Shown here one piece after another: positions 1-13,200 of a DNA stretch of 64,000 nt. The first letter of the stretch is position 1. Every line of letters starts with the position of its first letter. Both the position numbers and the translations under genes were made by a program. Under the pieces are notes generated by a model, which saw only the letters and a list, made by a program, of their open reading frames with translations, searched no databases and was not told the origin of the DNA. Origin of the DNA: Bugula neritina (Eukaryota > Animalia > Bryozoa). The stretch spans positions 9,248,698 to 9,312,697 of the forward strand of contig OZ037765.1 in NCBI GenBank assembly GCA_964035545.1, in the 5' to 3' direction.

Positions 1-302
1 ATCATTGTTGTGTATATTATAATATAGAAATTCAGAACTCAGTGATGGTGATACAGTGAGAGTGCATGTTAATTCAAATGTTCCTAAATTTTTTGTTCAG
101 ATACTATAAATCCATTTGTGTGCATAAATTTTATTTGTTACTGAGATGTCTAATACATAACACTGCTAACTTAGCTTTTATATTCAAACAAAAAGTAGAA
201 ATAATATCTTAGGTGTTGACTGATGAAATAGAAAATTTTCAAAAAGGGATTTTGCTTTATAGTAGCTACAAAAAGTTGGGAAAGAGAGAATCATTATAAA
301 AA

Positions 303-365
303 TCACACACACGCACATACGTACACACACATGCACACACGTACACACACGTATACACGCACACT
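303..365. repeat. Degenerate (CA)n/(CG)n microsatellite
   Basis: Alternating purine-pyrimidine run tcacacacacgcacatacgtacacac...; explains spurious ORF 184..408. Confidence 0.9.
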
Positions 366-1966
366 TAGAATGATGACAAACCTCTTTTCTCTTGCAAATT
401 AAAATCAAGGTAACACAACTCTAAGAAAAAATGTATTTGCAAAATATATTAGTTGATAGGATAAAAAAACTGCCAAGATATTGTATACGTGTAACAGAAA
501 TTGCTATTAGCAATATTATTTTTTACTAACACCTACTATATCAGGTGGTATTTTGTGATCATAAGATATACAACATTAATAACTTGAAGAGTTGCTATTA
601 GAATTTGCAGTATAACCATAACTTAGAACAATATATACTATGTTAGATTGATTAAAAGTATTGATCAACCTGAAGATATATAAAGAAAGGTTTGTTTAGA
701 GATTCTTCACCAGTCTGTAATTTGGAGTATATTAGCCTGTATATGTGTATTAGACTGATATTTTAGTCTTCACTTCCTTCAGTTAGTTATTGTATTTCTA
801 TTGATTTATGCTGACAGTTCATAATGTGATAATAGCCCACTCCTTCATAAGCATACCAGCTGTACTAAGTATGAGATGCATCTAAGCACTACCAGCTGTA
901 GTCATTTATAATCTATAAACTTGACCCAACAACTTGGGAGCCATTAAATCCTAACATAACAGTAAGTTGAGTATATTTTAGTTGAATAACTTACATTAAT
1001 ATCTATTAATTATATTGCATTATTACTCATTCTAGTGCTGAATATATTTGACTTATTAGATTATTGAAGCATGTCTCCTAACGTTTAGTTACACATTATA
1101 TTATATTTGATTTGCAACATGTTCAGCTTCAATGAGCATTTAAGTACATTCAGCTAAGCATAAAATTTACCTACTCCTACAAAAATGACAAAATTTACAA
1201 AAAGTAACCAAGCTATCTGAGAAATTTGTATGCTGTCTCACCCAAAAGATTGTGGAAGGATTTTGCAAGTAATTTTAATATAAAAGTTGTAATATTTCAT
1301 ACACACCATATTAATGTTGCGAGCAGCAGCCTTTTTTAAAAAGTGCTTTGAATCTACTGGGTAGATTTTAGACTGAACTGTGTTATTTTCACTCAACAGA
1401 TATTAGTTAACCCTGCTGTCAAGTAATAATTACCAATTTCCTCTTTCATGCAAACACTAGAAAATATAAATATTCAATGATACAATATACATATCCACAT
1501 ATTATACTTTACACTCACACAGCTAGCTGCAACAAATAGCATAACGTGATCATATAGTTTAAAGCAGAGTAGTAGTTTAGTGAAATTTTAAATATTGTGC
1601 ATTGTGCCAACATATTTTAATCATGATTTGAGAATTGTATTGTACGCCCAAGGAGCTCAATATCATAGCTTTTATCTGGTAATCTTAACTTCGATTGCAA
1701 TTAATAATGTATATTCTGCTGATCCACTAATTACTATGCAAAGGCTGCTAATCAATACTTAAATTAAAAGCACAGGACTTTGATAGGTGGCTAGGTATCT
1801 TGCATCATCAATACTGGTTTTGTAACTGCACTGATTGCCTAAAATTCTACTTTATTACACCTTACGTTGATAGCTGGGAGCTACATGGCATTTTGTGAAG
1901 AGCATTTGTGTGTTTTTGGTTTAAATAGTATTGATATCCTTAGGCACATAATTACTGATACAAATT

Positions 1967-3092
1967 ATGACTTCGAAGAGCAAGAGTATGAATCCTAAAG
2001 CTGAAAGCAGTGGCCATTTTGATGATAGAACACAGGAAGAAGTTCCAGCAGTAACAATTTCACCAACATTGTGCACGGTAAGCATCAAAATCCTATTACG
2101 TAAATAGAGAGAACTGATAAAATTAGACATATCAGATCATATACCAATTTCGTATGCTCATTCAACCAAACAATATAACACATCTGCCAGCAACATCATA
2201 AATAAAATTAAGTGTACATTCTCTAGTCATCAATAACCAGAATACTCAGTATAACTACAATAATACTAATTACTGGATTTAGCTACATCCATAAACAAAT
2301 TAAATAATAGAGTTGATTGATTCTCAAGAAATCTTTCATATGAAAAAATATATATTTGGGTTCATCTAAAAAGAATGTCTTTTATACTTCTTCGATTTTG
2401 CTAGTTTCATTAAAATGTAAAAGTAATGACTTTTATTTGCAAGAGTTGAAAGCCAAGCTGCTAATACATGAACTTGGAAGTAATAATTGTTGGGAGTAAT
2501 TGCATACAATTTTCTGTTTATATTACAACACTGTACTGGTTTGGAAGCAATGTATTGTAATATTAAGATAAAACTTAGCCTGTGCTATATTATTGCATTC
2601 TTTCAGCAACTGCCCCACACAGACTCATTTTCTAGCTTAAGACAAAGTCCATCCAATCTGTCGTTACATAATGCATTGACTTCTTCACCAGTTCCATGGA
2701 GAGATGCATCAATGGAAGTATTAGTTTCTCCTAATGATGGCCCTCAGATATCAATAGAGGACTTTGACGACTGCCTAACAGTAGATTCTCCATTTCTCAC
2801 AGATATTTCTGAAGACTTTGACACTATATCCATGTGTGAAATAAATTCCACCAAGAATCATGTCCGACTACATTCTGAAACTTCAGCTGAGCCATCAACA
2901 ACTGGTATTGATAAAATTCTTGATAGAAAATTTGCTTGCTATGGTGTTAGTCCGCGACTATCTCGAAAAACAAACGACTTTTTTGCAACCCAATTTAAAC
3001 CAGCTGGAAAAGGAAGTCGACCAACAACCTTGGGCTGTCAAATTGAATTGTCAACGCAGTCTTATGACAGTGTGAAAAAAGTGACAAAATAA
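1967..3092 (+). CDS. Hypothetical 198-aa Ser/Thr/Asp-rich protein; coding exons 1967-2077 and 2607-3092
   Basis: ATG at 1967 with in-frame TAA just upstream; phase-0 donor ACG|gtaagc and acceptor ctttcag|CAA join into a 161-codon open terminal exon. No family recognised. Confidence 0.55.
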
Positions 3093-3910
3093 AAAGAAAT
3101 TAGACAATATATTTTAGAGTCTGTAGACTAAAAGATAATACTTTGATTTAAATTGTATTTGTATTGATGTTGGTGAAATATAACTGTAAGGTAACATGTA
3201 ATTTGGTTGATAGTGCATCGGAGCAAAGTGAAAGTTCACATTATTGGGTTGCATTTACACAAAGCTAACATAATTATAGTACTGTTGATTCTCTAAACTC
3301 TAAAGCAATTGTGCTAGATGAGAACCTATATGATACATAGGCCTACAGAGTATTGCAAAAATACCCTTGACACTTCTAATTAGAAAACTTGGAGAAAGGC
3401 ACACGATTTGGTAATTTCTAGTTACTAATGTTATAGATCACTGGGTAGAAAACACAATCAATATTAATCATAGTTTTATCATTTACATTGGTCTGAGATG
3501 CATATACCATATAGTAGAAGTTAATAGTGTTTAGCTTATGTGTTAATAACATTATTATGAGAAGTCTAGCATTTAGAACCCTTTTGCATCTCTTTTTGCT
3601 CGTGATGTTAAATACTGCAAACACAATAACAAGCTGTATAAAGATATGATATTTAGTAATGGGAACAAACTTCTCTTGCCATACTTAGTTGCAAATTATA
3701 TTTTACCTAGCCATTGCACCTACACGCCTTGCAGGCTATCATTCTGTACCTGTACAATGCAAATATAACTACAAAAGCATTGTATTTATTCTAGATTTTC
3801 CACAAATTTACAATAAATACCAACATATTTGTTTGAAGATCAACACAAGATGTGCTTTCAGTTCTTATGTTTAGGTAATAAAGTCAAGTCACAGCTTTGA
3901 CCAATGAGAT

Positions 3911-6900
3911 TCATCTCTTGTGTTTACTGTTTATTAATTCACGGAGATTATTCTCAGCATCCTTCATTGACTTTTCAAGATATACCTTTTGATTCTACAA
4001 GAAAATAACAAAGATGTAGAGCATTTAGTATATTCAACAACCTGAGCCTACATTGTTACAATCATTAATTGCAGCTTAAAACTGAAGTTTTCAAACAAAT
4101 ATATATTGGAAAGCATTAACTAGTGTTAAACAGTCATTGTATAGTACCACGATTGAATAGGAAATGATAAGTAGTGCACACAAGTTACAAATCAATCGAG
4201 AATCAATCACATGCAGTTGCAAAGGCCAAGTTCTAGCAACTGTACAATAAGTTAAAAACAAGGTCTAGTAATCTTTTACTTGGGTCCAGCTGGTAAACTT
4301 TAATGAATAACACGCCTCACAAAATGCTAGGCTCATAGCTTGCACCAGCCAGTCCAAAATGATGCCACTTCACAAAATCATACTGAAATTATTCATTTTA
4401 ATAAAAGTGGAATTAAATAAATTTTAATGTTTGTACCTCTATTGTCTTTATTTTATCGCTATTAGCCTTGCTTTGTGCATTTAATGTTTTTAATACATCA
4501 GCTTGTGGAGTCAACACAAACCTAAAAATAGAAAAGCATTTGTGAATTTTGTATGTTACAATTTTCAATAATAATTAAACACTATACTTTTTATGAATAT
4601 CAATAAGTAACATTTCTTTAAAAGACATGGACACCGGCCAGCAGCACTCTGGTTTATATGCTGAAACAGTGTATTTTGTTCATAAGGTAGGATAAAATTT
4701 AATAATTAGATTAAAATATAATACCATATCAATACTGAGTAATATGCTACATACATTCGGCCTACACTTTCATATGTTGGGGTTGCAGCAGATAATGATG
4801 AAATCTCTTTTTTCACTATCTCCCCATGTTGAATCTTCTTTTTCAACCCATCAATTTGTGCATCATTAACTTTTAGTTGCTGCTTAGTTCCGACTAATTT
4901 ATTCTGAAGCTCTTGAAAAGCCTAAAGCAAGTAAATATGATTTGTGGCTAATTACAAAATAACAAGTTACATTTTATTTGACCCATCGGTTGTGTAATAA
5001 TTGTGTTGTCAACACTAATAATAAAAGGAAGCAGAAAAAAACGTTATTTGTTGATTATGAATAAAACCAATGCTTTAAATTATGAAATATCAAGAGTAGG
5101 AAAATTTTATTGGAAAAGTCTATAACTCGAAAATAACAAAAAAAGATAAATGGTTTTAGGGTAAAAGTTGTCTTAGTTCAAAAATATGAGCTGCAAAAGA
5201 TGAAAAGTGTTATATATAAAGTGCTGAAGATAAAATAAATTAAGTTAGGAAATAAAAACAAAACAATGAATATTTAATTAGACTAAAGTGAATGGTGAAA
5301 TCTGAGTTACAAGTATACTGGAAAAAAGTTGACATGTCGGCAAATATATATTAGAAATTTTTATCTAGCTTGTAACTCTTAATAGAATATAATATTTCAA
5401 AAAGAATGAAATGCTTATTGAACAATTTAATTTCATTACATCTTAGGTGAAGCTTGAAATTACTAAAGTTGGCAATGTGAAGTAAAAACTTATTAACTAC
5501 ACTGCTTTATCATTGATATTTTACAACTACATTATATAAATATTGCATTAAACCACCCACTTGATACAAAAAACAGTTAGTCAAAAAGTTTTGTTCGAAT
5601 CAGCTTACAAATGTTATCTCACATTAATTCATGTTCTAGAATATTTGAAGTGATGACTAAATTTAAATTCTAACTGCACAAAGGCAAATTCTAATGGCCT
5701 TCAATGTATACAAGATGTGCAACTTAGTTTTAAAAGCTAATCACTAAAATAAACTACTTATGCCAACTTAAACAACATAATATTTCAGAACCACAGCTAA
5801 TTGCCGTCATTCACCATGTTACTGGCATGAATCAAAAACATATCTAACAAAGAGAATGATTTTCTGTAAATAAACAGTAACAGATAGAGCTGCTGTTGAC
5901 TAAGCTCTCACTTTGAAAGTTCTCTAGTAAAGCGGAATCAGCATTTTTATTTTTGCTTCAAAAAATACTTAGTTTAAGAAAGCAAAGTTTCCTTCTTTAT
6001 AAATTAGCCTGCGGAACTATTGTTACAGCAATATAAAATTATAGGGTCCAACTTTATCAGCACAACCATTCACCCAGTATGAGTACCAGCATTAAAACGA
6101 TACAATCTATATGAATTGGCTTGAAATGTTTTACTCGTTTATGTAACCACAGTTTCTAGGGCAAGGTACTAATACACATGTGCTAACAGATAACAGTATT
6201 GATATTAGGTCAGTTGGACTCTTACATTAAACATTGATTAAATTTAATGGAAGTGAAGACTAACAATAAGACTAATAATAACACTAATAATAATACTAAG
6301 TCTAATAGTAATAGTTTATAGTATTACTATCAATATTCAGTATTGAGTGAAACTAAATATAATTAATTGTATCTTTGTTTTAATTAATTTTGATTTAATT
6401 TAAAATTAAATTGAAAATTTAAATTTAATTTTGTGATATTAATATTATTATTATCATTATAATTAATATTATTATTATGATACTGAATTTTTATTTAATG
6501 ATTAATCATTCATTCATTATGATTTAGATTATGATTAACTTTAAGATTTAAGTTCAACTTTAAGATTAACAATAACATTTATTTTTAATGATAAATTTGT
6601 ATTTAATTTTATGATTTAGAACAGGGCTGTCCAACAGGCGGCCCGCGGGCCGGATCCGGCCCTCCAGCTATATTTGTGTGGCCCCCCAAAGGTATAGCAA
6701 GTTACAAATTTTTGTTCATCAAATTTGCTAACTAGCCTGAAACAGCAGCACATGGTATAGTTGAAAGCATCCCGCTAAGAATTTCTATTAAAATGTAGTT
6801 TAAGTTCTTCTACAATATTGTTCTGTGGGTGGCATGCGTGTTGCCTACTTGTCATTGTTTAGCCTGAGATCAAACTACAACCAATAACAGCAAGCTAGTC

Positions 6901-8652
6901 ATTATAGTCTGTTAGCTAGCAAGCCTGTGACTTATAGTAATGTAGCTGCCTATATTATATGCTCATCTCTACGCGTTCACTGAAGTGTGAAGTGATGCAC
7001 AGCGTTTACTACTTGAAAAGAAATATACTATTTCCCGTGTATAAATCCACAATTTATATAAAATCTAAAAGTCATTGCCTTTTTTATTCAGATATCATGT
7101 TTTCCTGCTAAGATATTTTACTGGTACTACAAAAATCAACTTTTGAGGCAAAATTAGCCAAAAATGTGCAGTTTTTTTCTATAACTTTGCAAAAGAATGA
7201 AAAAATTCCAAAAAAGCTGCACTGAAAAAAAAAAAGATTCACACCATAGTTTTTAAATTTTGATTCTAGTAGCCTTCAGTTAAATAAGATTGTTTTTACT
7301 GGTACTGAATTTTTACACAGTTACAATGCAAACCTCAGCAAGGCAGTTGCAGCTAAAAAGTTGCCCTTAGCTATCCTGCGCAGACAGATGTTTCAAAGAC
7401 ATTTAATCAGGACAGGCCATATAGAGACAAGACTTTTTTGAAAGTATAACTGAGATCTCACTTTTATTGACTGTATTGTGAAAGATAAGTAGTTGAAGAA
7501 TCCCTGGCACATTTCACTTATGCAGTACTAAAATATTCTTATGTATATGTTAGTTTTCATTTACATACTGTTTTAAGGTTAGATGCCTAAACAATTTTGT
7601 TTTATAATGAATTTTATGCGAGTATGTACTGAAATGATTTGGGATTTGTGATTGCCTTGACCTTTGACTTTTGACCCTTAACTGCTTGTTAGATGCTGCA
7701 CTGCACTGAGATGGCTTGAAGGTTTGAACTCTAAGCTTTCAATTTTCAGTCAAATGAAATACACAAAATAAATACTACACTTCACTCACTAGTCAGCACT
7801 TAGTCCAGCAACTAAGGGTTATATGTTCTAATACGAAACCAGATATTAACATAATGGTTCAAGGCAAACAGTACTCACTGTGTACTCACAAGTGTTTCAC
7901 TGATGGTTGTAAAATATAACTATACTGATATGAGTACAGACTCTTAGCACTGGCACATCTTGTTTAAATTTGCATGTACAATCATGAATTTATACTTTGT
8001 ATGAATATATATGTATAATTTCTTATGCACAAACATAAATGCATATATAATTATTGATTATTAAAGTAATAAAAATGAAATGTTTCTTGTTTACCTATTT
8101 TAATTAAATGCATATATACACACATACACATATAAATAATATATATCTATTCAAATATGTTATGATTTTAATAAACATGCAAAGCCTAGCCCTCGCTTAT
8201 AATTACAATGCATATGGCCTGCAGATGTTTAATGAATCTTGAAAATTTATTTTAAAAACAAAAAAAATGTTGTGGCCCCCAGCTCAAGCTGAAACTTGCA
8301 GACTGGCCCTCGGTCTGAAAAGGTTGGACACCCCTGATTTAGAAGTAGACTGTCATTATCAATATCATAATCATAACGATAATGATAAACACCAAACGGA
8401 TTATCATTATCATTATGATTATGATTATCATTATGATTATGATTATCAAATTCAATATGAATATAAATATATGAATTTCCAATAACATTAATTGGCAATA
8501 AGTAAATTAGTACTTAATATAACTAGCTTTAAGCATTATGACATTCACATTGTAAATAGCGTTCTTTTTTCAAATTGTAGTATAATATGAAGTAAAATAC
8601 TATTACATACCTTTTTCAACTCTAAATCAACAGGAAGCCCAGCTGCCGCCAT
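3911..8652 (-). CDS. PFDN1: Prefoldin subunit 1, 125 aa; exons 8652-8611, 4921-4755, 4521-4437, 3994-3911
   Basis: Spliced translation MAAAGLPVDLELKKAFQELQNKLVGTKQQLK...TYESVGRMFVL...NQKVYLEKSMKDAENNLRELINSKHKR matches the PFDN1 pattern (PVDLELKKAF.ELQ, YE.VGRMF.L); all introns GT-AG, 378 nt. Confidence 0.95.
6622..8336. mobile_element. Non-autonomous hAT (Charlie-like) DNA transposon, 1715 bp, in PFDN1 intron 1
   Basis: TIRs cagggctgtccaac / gttggacacccctg; exact 8-bp TSD atttagaa at 6614-6621 and 8337-8344; GC-rich ggccc subterminal motifs; no transposase ORF. Confidence 0.9.
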
Positions 8653-8960
8653 GTTTAAACAATTGATCGGTCTCAATAAAATGTCCACAAATTTCTAGTC
8701 AGAGAAAAGATAATTCCATAACATTAAATAAGCAAATAATTAAGTGCGCTGCATTGATCTCTTGTTCGTAAACAATAATTTACAAATGGGTAAATACAGT
8801 GTATTCTTTAGCGAGCATTCAAACCGAGAACTGGGTGTGCTCTTTGCACTGCGCTGTTCAGTTTTCTGCCTTCCACAGTGACAGTTAGCTTGCGTTGTTG
8901 CAGTTATTCGACTGTGTTACATCTTCATTTCATTACATTTACAGCCATTCTGATTACAAA
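8653..8960. promoter_or_regulatory. Probable bidirectional promoter / 5' UTRs of PFDN1 (-) and NHERF (+)
   Basis: Locally GC/CpG-richer stretch directly upstream of the PFDN1 ATG; the NHERF first coding exon is preceded by a strong acceptor (ttttttcttctag, 10162), implying an upstream non-coding exon. Confidence 0.5.
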
Positions 8961-9371
8961 ATTGTATTTTAGGCTTTATTGGGATTTGCTTAATTTTACT
9001 TTCATTATGATAAGGGTGTTATTATATTTATTATGATTATGAATTATTCATTATTTTCAATTTTAAATTTCAGTTTGTCTCACTCTCGGTCTGCATTAAA
9101 TTTAATCACATTTAGTTTCACCGTTGTCCCTTACTTTTATTTTTAAAATTACTGATACTGTTACGCTTACTGTAACCGCTAATCAGTTATGAGTTATGAC
9201 TAATAATTATACTAATACAGTATAACTTACACCTATAGTTATACCTATGAGTTGTAGTAGTCCAAATTCAAATTGCATTAAAATTTAAAGTGCTAGTTTT
9301 CCAGTAGTAACTAAATGAGTACAGTAAAAATTACAAGTTAAATAGTTTTTTGTACTAAGAATTTAATTGAT

Positions 9372-9575
9372 AGTACTACTAGTAGTAGTAGTACTAGTAG
9401 TATTAGTAGTAGTACTAGTACTAGTAGTAGTGATGTGGTAGTAGTAGTAGTACTAGTAGTAGCAGTACTAGTAGACGTAGTAGTAGATGTAGAAAAATTT
9501 AAGGTAGTAGTACACTGTAAAGTAGTACTACTAGTAGTAGTACTAGCACTAGCTACTAGTACTAGTACTAGTAGT
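9372..9575. repeat. (TAG/TAC)n trinucleotide microsatellite
   Basis: Continuous agtagtagtactagtag tract. Confidence 0.9.
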
Positions 9576-9702
9576 ATATGTTCAGCTCACTCAGAAGTAA
9601 TGATGTAGCAGTTACATACATAATGTTACATAATAAAATGTACATTGTTTTATAGCCTGTATTGTAATAATATTGGTATAACATTTATGAATTTGTATAT
9701 GG

Positions 9703-9890
9703 GAGCAGCTGTGGTTTAGGGGGTAGAGTGTTTGGCTTATTAAGTGTGAAATCATGGGCTCAAGGCCATTGGTGATGTTAGAAAGAGCATAATTGCTCCT
9801 GTGCTTCATGTGAATAAATCCTTAGTCTAATTTAACAAAAACCCTTTCCATCAGGGGTTTCTCACAGGGATGACGACTATAAACTTGAGT
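9703..9890 (+). mobile_element. tRNA-derived SINE copy (same family as 16400-16612)
   Basis: Alignable by eye with 16400-16612; tRNA-like head (tggtttagg..tagag) and shared tail ...ttctcacagggat..actataaacttg. Confidence 0.7.
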
Positions 9891-10274
9891 TTTTTTCTAT
9901 GAGTGTGTATATGTGCCTCTCTTATCTAAACAAAGATGATTTTTAATAAGTTTTTTCTTCTTTGTATATTAAGAATGTTAGCTTCTGTTTAGCATAATCT
10001 CAATACCTTATACTTAGTTTAAGAAAATGCTAGGTATAGTGCTAGAATGTGCAGGTATATTTAAAAATTATAGGCTAAGCCAGTTCCATTGAGTTAGCAA
10101 CTTTTGTATATGTAAATAGGTGTTGGTGACTGTCAAGTGATAATGTCCCTTTTTTCTTCTAGTTTTGGATCAGAAGATCACCTATATTTATTACTCAGTT
10201 TTGATCCATCTTGCTAAAAAGAAGTGAACATCTATATTGTAAAATTATTGGCTGTTGTTACTCTGGCAAGTATC

Positions 10275-13200
10275 ATGGCGCTGTCTAAAGGCAGTCTCAG
10301 GAAATGTTTGGTGAAGAAATGGCATGATGAGAAAGCTGGGGGATATGGCTTCAACCTGCATGCTGAGGTAGGAAAGGCTGGTCATTTCATTGGCAAGATT
10401 GATGAAGCTAGTCCTGCAGAATTGGCTGGGCTAAAGGAAGGAGATAGAATTATAGAAGTGAATGATGTAAACATTGGGAATGAGAACCATAAACAAGTTG
10501 TCTCAAGAATAAAGGCTAGTGGAGACTCTGTTTGGTTACTTGTAATTGATAAAGAAGGTGATGAGGTTTCTAAAAACAACAAAATAGTGCTGTCTAAAGA
10601 CCTAGAAGAAATTCAAGTGGTTGAGTGTCCAGACAGCCGGCCTAGTGGTATGCTGAATTTATTTTGTTTTGCCAGTTAACACTACAGTTGGCTTTTATTA
10701 AAGTTTTTTTTCGCTATAAGCTTAATATGTACTTGTTTTTACTAACGAGTAGTATTATTAGCTGCTTTTTAGGAGTTTTTCGGCCACTGACTGTTCTAGT
10801 ACAGGTACAGGTCATGGGTTTTAGTCCCTTAGTTGGTGATTCCAGATAAAAACATCAAGCATGTGTCTATGCTACAGTAATATCCCTCAAACCATGTTAC
10901 CTGCATAGGGAGGGGCAAAGTCGTTTACCTTGTAGTCAGGTATTCTCACAAGGATAGCAACATTTAAAATTTAAACAACCTAAGTATTGACTGATTTTTG
11001 AAAATTTTCAAGGTACCTTAATGAAATTTTTAATGCAGAACTGAATGCAGAGCAATGTAGGTGTGAGGCGTTACTTTATTGCGTATATTATCTCTCCTCT
11101 ACCAGTTATACCTACACACGTATAGCCCCATAACCAGTGTAAAGTAGGACTATATTATGTTGTGTTATCAGTAAGTGTTTGATAGTAACCAAGCAGCAGC
11201 GACTGGGTGTAACGCATTGCTACGCTTCATACTTAATATCTTGCCATTAATGATCTTGTTCGTGGCATCAATTTGTCACTTGTTTCTTATCAACATTTTA
11301 TCCAATCAAAGTCAACATTCCTTGGTGATAGTCGTCAGTTAATCTGCAAACTAGTATTCACCTTAATCAAAAAAATTTTCTTTAATACATTAGATAAATT
11401 AATATGCCACCTTCTAAATTTCCTTGTTTGTTTCAGCTCCAGTACCTTTAATCGTAACATTGTCCAAATAGAGTTTAAAGTTTACACTGTAATTGGCATT
11501 TCGGTAATATTGCTAAATGATGAAATCTACTTGATAGCCATCAAATTTGAAACACCCAATATTTTACCTGCAAATTAGTAAGTTGCCATGTGGGTGACAC
11601 ATGTAATTAGGTAACATACTTGATGCAAATTTCTTAAAAATTTTGCTTCTGAATTCATCCGCAGTTTTATTTGATCAGCTTTATGTATACTTACAGCTCT
11701 AATAAATTATTCAAAGCAGGCTGACTGATTACAGTAATAAAATCTACAGGAATATCTTGGCTACAACCCATTTACAGCTTTAGAGTTGCATATCCAACCT
11801 AATTGATTTTGGCGTGCAATTTCATCCCGTATCTTTTCACCTAATTTACAGTTAGATGAAGTTGGTAAAACCTACAATTAAGAAGATGATTCGCTAATAT
11901 AGCCAGTTAGAACTTTTGAAAAAATAGCTTTTTTAATTTTCGGATTTACTTGCAGACACCCTTGATCATGTTAACACTGGATCTTAGGTTTTATCTGTAA
12001 TAGCATAATCAACTAATGTTAGTAAATGTTAGTAAATTTTGGAGTAATTAAAATTAGTTGTTGGCAGTTGTAGTAAATTCATAAATGATAATTACTGTAA
12101 TATTTCTATTGTAACGCAGTTTGCAATTTTTTATTTCAACTAATGTCATCATAAAACAATTAAATTAATTAGATAATAAAGTAATAATAGGCTAATTGAA
12201 ATAAGAATGTTTATACTGATACTGATCAATTTGAGTTTGAACTGGAAATAACACCAAATATTTTAGTCATCTGTTTTTAGTTTTATGCTTGCCTTGTGCT
12301 ATTACTTGACTATTGAAGTGATAGACAATAAATTATAAATTTTGTGGATAAATGCATTGAATTAATTCAGCATGATGGCTGGCTTGACTCTACAGCAGGG
12401 TAGCTTCATTTGTTTTCTCAATAACAGCCTGTGTTGCAAACATTATAGCCAGTTTAGTGATGACTCTGAGTGCTGCAGCAGCAAAGAATAGCATGCAATG
12501 AAAATCAGCAATAGTTAGTACCAGTTCTATAGTACCACGGACACTGAACCGAACAAGCCATCATTCTAAGGACATGCATGCACAAAATTTATTATAAATC
12601 AAACACACTTGGGCATACTACCCTGAAGTTGTATTTTACTGATAGCCAAAATATATGTGAATAATTTAATACTGCGTTAATGGAATGTGTCATAGAGTCT
12701 TAAAGTATATGATGTGTGTATAATATTGAATGATGCTCACATTTTCAACTGTTTATATTAAATATCTGATGCAGTGAGAGTCCTATTTTATGTAGATGAT
12801 GGAACAAGTGAAGAAACAGTTGAACCACCAGCTGAGCCAGAGGTATTAACAGCTATTCTATTTATAATAAATGATCAAGCTATATTAGGCATGTATTGTA
12901 GTCATTCTAACACCTTTAGCCTTGCTGGGAGACGTTTTACTGCTTCTCATACACTCCATGATTTGCTGTATATCATTGAACACACGCGGTGTTCAGTTGT
13001 ACTTTCCGTTTCCCTGAACATAAAGCTAGCAGATCTAGTAGGCTGCTGATGCACAATGCACTGAAGGCTCCATAAACATAATAAACCTATTCATTCAATT
13101 TCACTTTGACAATAACCTTTTTTACATCATTCAGCACATAATTTAGCTGTATTATAATGGATGTTAGAGAGCTGATAATATATTTCAAGTGATGCTATTG

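Noticed and set aside
8247-8498. His/Asp/Tyr-rich ORFs on both strands
   Set aside because: hAT end plus (gattat/cattat) low-complexity DNA
10224-10274. Apparent signal peptide on the PDZ ORF
   Set aside because: Starts at a GTG; the true start is more likely ATG 10275 (atcATGG), and NHERF is cytosolic
11240-11900. Coding-like composition in NHERF intron 1, including ORF 11273-11578
   Set aside because: No recognisable motif and interrupted frames; perhaps an old TE relic, but unsupported
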